In this document: one piece after another, positions 24,895 to 35,055 of the stretch
Layout: each line of letters opens with the position of its first letter
Numbering within the stretch: position 1 is the stretch's first letter
Origin: Prorocentrum cordatum
Taxonomy: Eukaryota
DNA length: 64,000 nt
Direction of reading: 5' to 3'
Assembly (NCBI GenBank): GCA_963575745.1
Contig: CAUYUJ010000004.1
Span: 558,001-622,000, forward strand
Made by a program: the position numbers and the translations under genes
Notes under the pieces: generated by a model
The model's database searches: none
The model's input: the letters and a program-made list of their open reading frames with translations, nothing else
Told to the model about the DNA's origin: nothing

Positions 24895-25376
24895 GTAGGA
24901 GGGAGGGAGGGAAGGAGGGAGAGGAGAGGATTGGAAGGAGGGTTGGAAGGAGGGAGGGAGGGAGGGAGGGAGGGAGGGAGGGGGAGGGAGGGAGGGAGGG
25001 AGGAGGGGGGAGGGAGGGAGGGAGGGAGGGAGGGAGGGAGGGAGGGAGGAGGGAGGAGGGTGGTGGTGGTGGGTGGTGGTGGTGGTGGGTGGTGGTGGGG
25101 GGTGGTGGTGGTGGTGGTGGTGGTGTGGTGGTGGTGGTGGTGGTGGGTGGTGGTGGTGGTGTGGTGGTGTGGTGTGGTGGTGGTGGTGGTGGTGGTGGTG
25201 GTGGTGGTGGTGGTGGTGGTGGTGGTGGTGGTGGTGGTGGTGGTGGTGGTGGTGGTGGTGGTGGTGGTGGTGGTGGTTGGTGTTGGTGTTGGTGTTGGTG
25301 TTGGTGGTGTTGGTGGTGGGGGTGGGGGTGGTGGTTTTGGTGGTGGTGGTGGTGGTGGTGGTGGTGGTGGTGGTGG
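24895..25376. repeat. (GGGA)n followed by (GGT)n microsatellite
   Basis: Directly visible in the sequence. Confidence 0.95.
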
Positions 25377-25675
25377 CATGGGAAGGCGTTTGGTGGCGCC
25401 TCCCGTGCAGGGATGGCTGGGGGACAGCTCGCCACCTGTCGCGGGGGTCCCGCGCCAGCAGCGTTACGGCGCAACTCGGTCCAAGAGACAATCAGGAGTG
25501 CTCCTCCCTGGGACGACCCCAGCTCGTCCGCCTCGCCCACAGGAAGGACCGCCTGCGCCCCCTCTACAGTCTGCGGAGCGGGCACCCACAGAGAAAAAAA
25601 AAAAAAAACGAGACTGCAGCTGGGCTCCCCTCCCAGCGCCAGCTGTATTTGCCGAGTTCGTGGTGGTAGCCAGTG

Positions 25676-25992
25676 GTAGTAGCCTGTGGTATTCCGCCGA
25701 GCCTGGGATATTAGCCGTTTGTATGAGCCTATGGGCTTGGCTCCGCGCAGTACTAGCCTGGGATATTCCACCCAAGTCGGTGGTGTTAGCCTGCGGGCCT
25801 GGCTCCACCGAGCGATAATGAGGTGGTGGGTTTAGCCTGTGGTTTTCGCTGGCGGGATTATAGTGAGCTTGTGGCCTTAATAGCTTGTGTGGTATTTCGC
25901 CGAGCCTGTGGTATTAGCTTGTTGTGTTAACCTATGGACCTGGTTCCGCCGAGCGCCTGTGGTATTAGCTTGTGGTATTAGCCTGTGGTACT
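25676..25992. repeat. Degenerate AGCCTGTGGTATT-motif repeats
   Basis: The motif recurs many times with variation. Confidence 0.7.
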
Positions 25993-26058
25993 TGCATGGG
26001 CTGTCGCCGCCGCCGTCGCCGCCCGCTCCCGCGCGCTGGTTCGGCAGGGGGGGAGATG

Positions 26059-26300
26059 CGGAGGAGGAGGAGGAGGAGGAGGAGGAGGAGGAGGAGGAGG
26101 AGGAGGAGGAGGAGGAGGAGGAGGAGGAGGAGGAGGAGGAGGAGGAGGAGGAGGAGGAGGAGGAGGAGGAGGAGGAGCAGCTGACAGAGGAGGAGGACGA
26201 GGAGGAGGAGGAGGAGGAGGAGAAAGGAGGGGGAGGAGGAGGGGGAGGAGGAGGAGGAGGAGGAGGAGGAGGAGGAGGAGGAGGAGGAGGAGGAGGAGGA
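26059..26300. repeat. (GAG)n microsatellite at the 3' end of the minus-strand LINE
   Basis: Directly visible in the sequence. Confidence 0.95.
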
Positions 26301-29154
26301 AAAGGTCGGCCCCCAACTCGGCCGGCCCGCGCGCCGGCCCGTATGCTGGCTCGGTTTGCTCAGACGAGGAGGAGGACGAGGATTTGTTTGACATCCACGG
26401 CCAAGGACCCTGGCGACATGGCGTAAAAGGGCGGCAAAAGCGAAAACCGCTCATGCCCGCCTCGAAAGAGCTCTCGACACGGTTAGTCGGAGGAGCCAGA
26501 CTCTTCACCCGCATCCAGAACGGGGGATGACATTGCCTGGCTCTTGACTACCGTGCGGGCTCTGACTCGCAGAGACCCTCTCTCGGGCGAGGAGGCTGCG
26601 GCCGCGGCTCCCGCTCTGACAGCGGGGGGGCACGCGGCCTCTGCGAGAAGACGAGGGGAGGCTTCCTCCTCTGCGTCGAAATCAGGGCCATCCGCGGAAG
26701 GCGGAGGCGGACCTGATGCGTCCGATATTCCCTTCCCCCCAAGCCGCTCACCCCCGACTCCCCCTCCCACAGGTAGGCAAGGCAGCACAGAGGAGGCAGG
26801 GCGATCCTCGGCAGGGAAACCAACTCTCGCGGCGGCCTCCGACGTCGGCGACCTGCCGATCGGCATGACCGTCTCGAGGTCGGCGCGGACTCCCTTCTTC
26901 TTGTGGTCAGGGTGTAGTCCGCGGCCCAATCTGGACAAAACTTCGCTGCGCTTTGGCGGGTGTTCAAGACATTGCTTGGCAAGGCCTCGGAGCTGCACTC
27001 CAGAGGTAAAACAATGGCAGGACTGGCAGACACACGCAAAGCTGCCGTCCGAGAAATCAACCACCGCGCAGCGGTGGCCCAACTGGCGTAGCAGAGCAGG
27101 GTCCACCTTCAAGACCCTGCTGCAGACACCGTCGGGAGGTTTCGAATTACAACGTGAGACCCTGAGGCAATGGGGGCACTGCCAGAAGCTGCCTACCCAA
27201 CTCCATTCATGGGCGGGACCCGAGCTCCTCTGAGGTCGAGCTGCAGCGGGTGTGCGCTCAACTCCCGTGAGGTCCGTGCGAGGCCACAAACGCAAAACTT
27301 TAGCCGCAAGTTTGGTGACAGCCTTCGAGACAGAGATGAGGAAAGAAAAGCTATCTCGCTCCTCGTCACTGAAATCTGGGTGGAGAAGCGCGCCCGCCTT
27401 GGCCGCCTCATCTGCGGCGTTGTTGCCGATGATGTGAGCACGCTCGGCTGCTGGCAGATCTGCGTCATCTTCCCGATGCACCTTCACCTTTGTGATGGCA
27501 CGCAACATATTGCCAGCGTAAAAATCACATTGTATGACGAGACCACTGTACGGGCGTCGCAAAGAGAGTCTCTTTTCGCGGCTCTTGCCGTGTTGGTTCA
27601 CAACCACTTGGCAGTCACTGAAAAACTCGGCTGGACCACTGAGCACGCTGGCCGCGGACGTGGGGGCTGCGAACTCAGCCGCGACACTGGTCTGGGGGAA
27701 ATAGCTGCCTAGGGCCCCATACATGCGGGCAAGGACCTGCCCCGAATCTCCAACCAAAGCGGCACCCCACCCAGCTCTGGAAAGGTCCTTGATCACATGG
27801 CGGGTGCACGAGCCATCCAGATATATAGCCCCCTCAAGGCCCTCTCCCCAACGGGCGGAACTTCTAAACCTTCGGCCTCGAAGGCCTCGGGGTAGGTCTG
27901 GAAAACCACATTTTCCAAAGCATGCTCGAGGCTCATGGGCCCAGGGAGGCTCACGGCAGGGTGCGGAAATAAACCAGTCTCACAAACTGAAGCCAGGCCA
28001 GGCGTGGTGCCTTCGCCTAAATCCGAGCGGATACGATCTAAAAGCTTGGCCCCAACAACTTCTACTCTGATGTCCTCGCACGCAGTGCAAAACCACAGGC
28101 GGTGGAGGACGGTGTCTCCAGGTAGGCCGCACAGCGGGCAGGAATCCTCGATGATGTAGCCAGCCTGAGCAGCTCGGCTACGAGGCCAAACGGCCTGGCA
28201 AGTCAGAGCTTTGATGGGCCCTTTTGCTTTCCCGGAGAACTTCGAGGAGGCCAGCGCGGCTTCCACCACGTCAAAGCAGAGTCGGCGCCCGTCGCTGTAT
28301 TTGATACCAGCTTCCATCTCAAGTTCTCAGAGGACCGAGCTTTTCAAAATCTTTTTTCAGAAGAGCGGGGGAGGTGAGGGAGAGAGGGGTGATGATGTTC
28401 TGGTCGTTAATCATGGTAAACGGATCCAACATCCTCCAGCCCAGCCTCAGAAGAGAAAGGTACATGGCCCCGATCGGGCCCCTGCAAGATCTCCAAGAGC
28501 GGGGGGGGAGTTCCCATACAGCATCCCAAGCGGATCTAATCATATCCCAGCTCAAGGACCTAGGGGCCCTCGTCTGCAACAACCATAACTCCTTGCTGTA
28601 GCGGATGATAGGAGCTATAGAACCATACCACGCGGGGTCCTTCTCGAGCCTCGTGAGGATGGTAAGGGACCTGGAGCCAGCAGTGGGTTTCATGGTCGCA
28701 GCAGCCACTCTGCGAATCTTAAGCACCTCTCCGTCCGACATGCCGTGCACCTCGGCCCCGTACTGGGCCCCTGCCAGAGGGCCAGACATAAAAACCTGAG
28801 TGGCTCGGGCGCCAAGCACGCCTCGCTGTCGAACTAAGCGCTTGGTGCGTCGGGCTGCCGCACTCATGCGCTGCTTGGCCTTAGCGTTACGGCCCTTCAC
28901 TCGTCTACTGGTCCCTGGGGTGTGGTCGATGCCCAAGTAGACCGTGGAATACCGGTGAGGCCCCACAAGGTCACCGAAAATTATCCCGGCAAAGCAACCT
29001 AACAGCGATGTGTAGAAGCATATCTGAAAGCATTCCCCTTAAGATTCAGATGAAAATCCAGTTGTCGAATTCTGCTGTTCTCGCAGTCGTAGTCGCATTC
29101 GCGATGACAGTCGCAGCGGCAACGGCAGTCGCAGTCACAGCCTCAGCTTCAGCC

Positions 29155-29885
29155 TGCCTCCTCCTCCTCCTCCTCTTTTCTCCTCCTCCTCCTCCTCCTC
29201 CTCCTCCTCCTCTCTTCCTGGTCGTCCTCGTTCTCGTCCTCCTCGTCTTGCTCGTCCTCCTCCTCCTGGTGCTCTCCTCCTCCTCCTCCTCCTCCTCTCC
29301 TCCTCCCTCCTCCTCCTCCTGGTGCTCTCCCCCCCCCTCCTCCTCCTCGTCCTCCTCCTCCTCCTCCTCGTCCTCCTCCTCCTCTTCCTCCTCCTCCTCC
29401 CTCTCCTCCTCCTGGTAGTCCTCCTCCCCTCCTCCTCCTCCTCCTCCTCCTCCTCCTCTTCCTGGTCGTCCTCGTTCTCGTCCTCCTCGTCTTGCTCGTC
29501 CTCCTCCTCCTGGTGTCTCTCCTCCTCCTCCTCCTCCTCCTCCTCCTCCTCCTCCTCCTCCTCCTGGTGGTCCTCGTTCTCCTCCTCCTGGTACTCTCCC
29601 CCCCCCCTCCTCCTCCTCCTCCTCGTCCTCGCCTCCTCCTCCTCCTCCTCCTCCTCCTCCTCCTCCTCCTCCTCCTCCTCCTCCTCCTCCTCCTGGTACT
29701 CCTCCCCCTCCCCTCCTCCTCCTCCTCCTCCTCCTCTTCCTGGTCGTCCTCCTCCTCCTGGTCGTCCTCCTCCTCCTGCTCGTCCTCCTCCTCCTCCTGC
29801 TCGTCCTTCTTCTCCTGCTCCTCCTGCTCCTCGTCCTGCTCCTGCTCGTCCTCGTCCTCCTGGTCTTGCTCGTCCTCCTCCTCGT
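29155..29885. repeat. Cryptic (CCT)n microsatellite
   Basis: Directly visible in the sequence. Confidence 0.95.
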
Positions 29886-29904
29886 CGTGCTCTTGCCCCT
29901 GCTG

Positions 29905-30402
29905 AAAATGTGGCCCAGGAATGGGAGTTCTGGGAAGTCGAAGAGCACGAAGTTGCCTACAGTTGGCTACGGGCATTCAAAATGTGGCCCGGGAATGGAG
30001 TTCTGGGAACTCGAAGAGCACGAAGTGGCCTACAGTTGGCTCCGGGCATTCAAAATGTGGCCCGGGAATGGAGTTCTGGGAACTCGAAGAGCACGAAGTG
30101 GCCTACAGTTGGCTCCGGGCATCCAAAATGTGGCCCGGGAATGGAGTTCTGGGAAGTCGAAGAGCACGAAGTGGCCTACAGTTGGCTCCGGGCATCCAAA
30201 ATGTGGCCCGGGAATGGCGTTCTGGGAACTCGAAGAGCACGAAGTGTGTGACTGTTGCATCCGGCCCCCCAGAATGTGGCCCGGGAATGGCGTTCTGGGA
30301 TGTCGAAGAGCACTTTGTGTGTGACTGTTGCATCCGGCCCCCCAGAATGTGGCCTGGGAATGGAGTTCTGGGAAGGCGAAGAGCACGAAGTGTGTGACTG
30401 TT
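29905..30402. repeat. 73-bp minisatellite, ~7 copies
   Basis: Unit AAAATGTGGCCCGGGAATGGAGTTCTGGGAA... starts at 29905, 29979, 30052, 30125, 30198, 30271 and 30344. Confidence 0.95.
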
Positions 30403-33120
30403 GGTGAAAAACGAGCCCGGTTCATGCCGCCCGGAAACGCCCCAACACCTGCCCGGACCCCCCTGTGGAGTGATCTGTGAGCTCTTTTGAGACCACTAGA
30501 AACCTATCAGTCTTCGCTGTTAGGTAAAAAACGGCCAAGACGGACCGAAATGCTTTTCTTCGAGCACGCCATCGCGATTTTGTCCAAGGAAATCTGGGCC
30601 TTCATCATAACTGTGATCGCATGCTGCAGAGTCTGGGCGCCGAGCGTGAAACTCTGCACTACGCCATCGGCGGTGCCAGTGGAGTTCAGGCCAGAGTCAT
30701 CAATGTAAACGTTACGAGTGGTAGAGGGGTTCAAAACCACGGAATCGAAAGCCACTATACCGAAAACTTTGATCATGGTCGTAGCGATCGAACACCCAGC
30801 GAACACTCCATGTTCAGCAAATTGCGCCGTCGAAGCGACCCCGCAGAGAACCATGAAACGGGCCGATCGGTAGCCTGCCATGCAGACGGCCATCAGCGCG
30901 GGAGGGAAGTTAAGCCTGTGGCCCCTTGCCTCCAGCAAAGCCAGGGGGATCTGCTCGTAATACTTGAGCAGGTCGTAAAAAATCGATCCAGCTTCATTGC
31001 CTGAGGTCGTGGAGCGCTCTGCAGCCACAGCCCGCCTCCAGACAACGTCCGTCGCAGCACGGTTGCGCCCAGCAGCCCAGTAGGGCTTATCGTTGGCTTC
31101 TTCCCAGGCCACCGCAAAGGGCCGTCGGATCCTCCCCCAGATTCTAAAAGAGCTGGAGAAGACCCCGATGGGGCGGAAGCCAGGGACCGATTTCGGGATC
31201 ATGGCCACAATCAGGGCCCTGAGCTGGGGGGGGGTGAATCCCAGACATCCCGGCGATCTGGAGGAGGCGGCCGAAGCAAAGGAGGGCCTCGTCCTCTAAG
31301 AACTGGTAGTGGCGGAGGTGGAACCCGTCGAGCCCTATCGCTGAGCGTCTGGAGTAGGACCTGGGCGCCGATCTAAGCTGATCCGCAGAAATTAGGGGAA
31401 GGGTCTCCAACCTCGAGCGCCGCAAACGAGGGGGACTGTCCACCGCGTGCCAGAGCTTCCCGAAGCGGTCGCGTTCCTGCTCGAGAAGAGCTTGCGGGTC
31501 ACTGACCAGGCTCCCGAAGCGGCCGAGGGTCGAGGTAGGCCTCCAGGCGGCGGGGTCTCGAGAGACCTGGTGGGCCCTGCGGGCCCCTCGGTTGATCCCT
31601 TCCAAGAGCCAACAGGACCAGTCAGAGCGAGCCCGCTTCGTGAATCTGGCCGTGCACGCCTCGAGAGAATCCTGTAAAACGGCGAGAGCGTCGTCGGCCG
31701 TGATGCGGGCGAAGTCGGGGTCTCCACATCGAGCCGCCACCGCGGCCGCCGCCTGCTTGAAAGCTTCTGCACATTCGCCTTGGTTGTCTGCCACGGCCTG
31801 AGGCGGACAGCTGATGGCGCGGCAGGCCGCTTCAAACGCGTAGCTGTGACGACCTGTGTCCAAGGGCGTAAAGCCATCTCTGCGGGCGGCGTACCTAGCG
31901 AGCAGCACTCGATAAACAAAATCTGATATTCGGCCCACAGCCACCTCATGCTGCGAAGCTCGGGGTAGCGGACGGCCCCATGGTCGCGCCCCAACACAGG
32001 GCGCCACCGCAAGACCGCCCCCCTCCCAGGTGCCCCACAGTACGGGATGGAGCAGCCCATGACGTTACATAACTCCAGCTCCGCAGTGTTAGCCCACTGC
32101 TTATAGGCCGGTCCCAAGAGCGAGTCCAAGACGTCTCCTTCCCCCCTTTGGGCCCTAGCTAAGGCCTTGTCCAAAAGCGCCGAGACCTTGCAGTGCCTGA
32201 GAGGCTCGGGGGGCGGACCGATCGGGGCATCCACACCGATCGGGGGGGCCTTGCGGATCGACAGGACATGGAGATCAGCAATCCCAGCGTGGAACTGGAT
32301 CTTGACTGGGACATGGGGGTGAAAGATCCAGAGGGGTCGATAGCCACTGAGCTGACAGCCTGAGCGAGGCCCCCCGAGAGGACGAAGAAATCGCACTTCT
32401 TGGGCTCGCCTGAGCCGTAGCACGTCGGCCCCTCCGCCGCGACCAGTTGGCCCCTCAGGTTGTGTGCGAACTCGCGCTGGTGAAGGGCGGACGGCTGCAT
32501 GTTGAGATCGCCGCCAGCTAGAAAAGGCTCGCCGCAGGTGGAAAGTCTCGCGCCGACGGCGCTGAGGATATCGATGTTGGCTTCGCTCAGCCCTTCCGAG
32601 TCACGGAGGTAGAGAGAGGCGAGGAGGAAGGACTGTCCCCCTGGGGGGTGAACGATGGCGGCGACAGCACGGCGGGGCCAGATTTCGTGAGCACCCTCTG
32701 GGTGCAGCCCGAGCCGGGAGCGGGCAAGAATCGAAACACCGCTCGAAGGGCCTCTGCCATTCCCGATGGCCCCAGGGAGCCAAATGGATTTCCATCCATG
32801 GCTGAGGCACCATGCAGCCGCAGAGTCGACTGGATCTCCAGCCTGAAGTTTATGCCCTTGCACTAACAGCACGTGCGCAGCACAGAGGGGAAGCCGCACC
32901 TTAACTGAGGCCCAGGCGTTCCCGTTTATAGCCTCGACAATCAGGCTGAAATCTTCCGAAGGGGGGGCCGCGGGGGGGACTGGGTGGCTCGGGGCGGAGG
33001 CTCTTGGGGGGCGCACTAAAGAACTGCAGCTGGCAAGGTCTCTGACCTGGCCCTGATCCTCGGCAACGAGCATCAGACTGAGAAAAAGACTGGCACTTAA
33101 TGATGTGCAAGCCCCATTTT

Positions 33121-34458
33121 TCACATACCTCCGTCAGAAGGGGGGGGGGGCCTCCGTTGCGATGCTGGCCTGCAGCCAGCTCGCGCGCGCGAGCGCGGAC
33201 CTGGTCCAAGATGTCCGCGGGGGCCGCGGCCGCAGCCGATGCAGAGTCCTGGGGGCCCGTGTCCCCCAATGACCGCATCGGGGGCCACGGCCCCAGCCCC
33301 GCCTGCACCTGCCTGCGCCCCCTGGCCCTCGCCCGTATCTCCTCCAGCAGCGGCGCCTCCGCCCTCGTCGACTCGACGCTTCTTGGCCGCCAAGCGTGTG
33401 CGCAGCTTCTGGTGCGCCGCCTTGGCCTGCTCGGCCTGGCCCACGGCCTTGGCGAAGAGGTCCTTTGCCAACCCGCGGATTGAGGCCGTGAGCTCCTCCT
33501 TGCGCTTTGCAGCCTCGGCGGCGTCCTGCTCCTCCATGGAATCGTCGGGGCCAATGTCCAGCAGGTCGCCCGCGTCGAGGTTGAAGCCGTCCACCTTGTC
33601 CTCCAAGAGGTCGGCCAGGGCGACGGCGGGGCAGCTGCCAGCCGTGCCGTCAGAGGCCTTGGGCTTGATGGCCTCGACCTTGTCGGTGAGCTCCGCATGC
33701 GCCTTGTCGAGGCCCTCGAGCTCTCGAGCCATGGTGAGAATGAGGGCCTCTTGAGCACGCAGCTTGGCCTGCGTGTTCTCCATGACCTGGAACTCATGCT
33801 GCGCCCGTTTGGTAATCTTGTTCCCCCCCCGCTGAGTGCGGGCGAGCTGCTCCCCCAGCGGCTCGTCGCGCTTGGCGGGAGGCCTGCGGGCGTCAAGCAT
33901 GCGCTGGAAGCGGCGCGCCTCAGAGAAGTTGCCGACCTTTTGGTGCGGCGCCAGGAGCGACTCCAGCTCAGCGATGGACAGCTCGTGCTCGCGGGGGGCG
34001 GCCGATGGGCCGCCAGGCCCAGGGCCGCCCTGGACGGGCCCCGGCGGCAACGCTTGACGTTGGAATTGGCTTGCGAGGGGGGGGGGGGGGGGGCGCAGCC
34101 CCTTACCACCACCGTCGGGCCAGCCGCCCCCCTTGCACTTGCCCTTGCCCTTGCCGCCCTTGAAGTCTCCAGCGCCCGAGCCCTTGCCCCCGCCGCCTCC
34201 GAAGCCCCCGAGCATGGCGGGAGGTTGCGGGCCAGGGGAACGAGCAGGGAGAGCACCGCGACCAGCCCAAACGCCAGCAGGCGGGCGAGCTGGAGAGGTC
34301 GCGGGGGCCGCCCACGTCGTGCCGCAGCGCTTGCACCACGGAGTAGATGTTTTGTTTCTCCTGCAGCCGCATGCGCTGCACTTCCATGTCGTGACGCGCT
34401 GGAAAGGGCGGCCCGTGCGCCAGGGGGGCGTCTCGCCCTCTGCCGGGTAGCCATCCAT
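33121..34458 (-). CDS. LINE ORF1 with RanBP2-like zinc finger and coiled coil
   Basis: Intact 445-aa ORF: TWKCSACG...WCKRCG, a GKG-rich tract and heptad-rich helices. Lies immediately upstream of the APE domain. Confidence 0.75.
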   Translation of the reverse strand: MDGYPAEGETPPWRTGRPFQRVTTWKCSACGCRRNKTSTPWCKRCGTTWAAPATSPARPPAGVWAGRGALPARSPGPQPPAMLGGFGGGGGKGSGAGDFKGGKGKGKCKGGGWPDGGGKGLRPPPPPLASQFQRQALPPGPVQGGPGPGGPSAAPREHELSIAELESLLAPHQKVGNFSEARRFQRMLDARRPPAKRDEPLGEQLARTQRGGNKITKRAQHEFQVMENTQAKLRAQEALILTMARELEGLDKAHAELTDKVEAIKPKASDGTAGSCPAVALADLLEDKVDGFNLDAGDLLDIGPDDSMEEQDAAEAAKRKEELTASIRGLAKDLFAKAVGQAEQAKAAHQKLRTRLAAKKRRVDEGGGAAAGGDTGEGQGAQAGAGGAGAVAPDAVIGGHGPPGLCIGCGRGPRGHLGPGPRSRARAGCRPASQRRPPPPSDGGM

Positions 34459-34588
34459 CAGCGCGCTGATGGAAGGAGGTCCCTCAACCTGAGTGGGAAG
34501 CGGAAAGCGGTGTCACGTGCCAATGGCCCGCAACAGCGCAGCCGTACTGAAGCTCGCTGCTGCAAGCCCTGAACGGGCCAGAACGGCT

Positions 34589-34610
34589 CTTGAGCCAAAA
34601 TGGCCACGGA
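34589..34610 (-). other. Dinoflagellate spliced-leader (SL) relict
   Basis: Minus strand reads TCCGTGGCCATTTTGGCTCAAG versus DinoSL DCCGTAGCCATTTTGGCTCAAG (21/22). Confidence 0.92.
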
Positions 34611-35055
34611 GGAGGAGGACGAGGAGGAGGAGGATAAGGAGGAGGAGGACGAGGAGGAGGAGGGGGGAGGAGGAAGAGGAGGGCGACGAGGAGGAGGAGG
34701 AGGAGGGGGAGGATGAGTGCAAACGCAAGAGTCCTCAGCGGCGTTGGAATGAACGCTTCCTCCTCGCTGCATTGTCATTTCTCCTATAAGGATTCATTTC
34801 CACTGAGGGAATTGCCTCGATGGAAGACAGCCGTTCGAAGACCCTGGAGCATGCCGAGATATTATGTTCGGGATTCCAACTCTACAGATGAATCTGACTG
34901 TTATGTTTTTACGATCCTGAATCGTGCCAAAACGCCATTCCTGGGAATTCAACACCGCGAATCAACATAATTGTTGCGCCCTCATAATATTGAGTCTCTC
35001 TAAAACACAATGTCTGGTACGTTGACCATGGGAATCCGTGAAACTTTGTAATTTT

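Larger units (their letters stand above)
28997..30525. mobile_element. Non-autonomous TIR element inserted in the LINE RT
   Basis: Perfect 12-bp TIR: ACCTAACAGCGA (28997-29008) and TCGCTGTTAGGT (30514-30525). LINE ORF2 motifs resume on both sides. Confidence 0.8.
26483..33100 (-). pseudogene. LINE ORF2: APE endonuclease, RT, RNase H and Cys-rich tail
   Basis: APE: EAINGNAW, LVQGHK, GGDLNM, DFFV. RT: IGLDG, FRPIGV, FYDLLKYYEQI, GVFAGCSIAT, VYIDD, YLGID. Also CPLCG..DTVLHRLWFC. RNase H: YMDGS, QTSVAAEF, FSDCQ, KVKVH, GNNAADEAAK. Several frameshifts. Confidence 0.88.
26301..34610 (-). mobile_element. Near full-length two-ORF LINE (ORF1; APE-RT-RNase H ORF2), decayed, interrupted by a TIR element
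   Basis: ORF1 at 33121-34458 and ORF2 motifs over 26483-33100. Spliced leader at the 5' end; (TCC)n on both flanks. Confidence 0.88.

Noticed and set aside
24311..26530. Long ORFs of poly-Pro/His/Thr/Val/Glu
   Set aside because: Artefacts of stop-free microsatellites.
29866..30425. Repeat-protein ORFs or CRISPR-like array
   Set aside because: Whole 73-bp units repeat with no unique spacers, and there are no cas genes.
32901..34572. Overlapping 517-aa and 291-aa ORFs
   Set aside because: GC-rich shadow frames of LINE ORF1.
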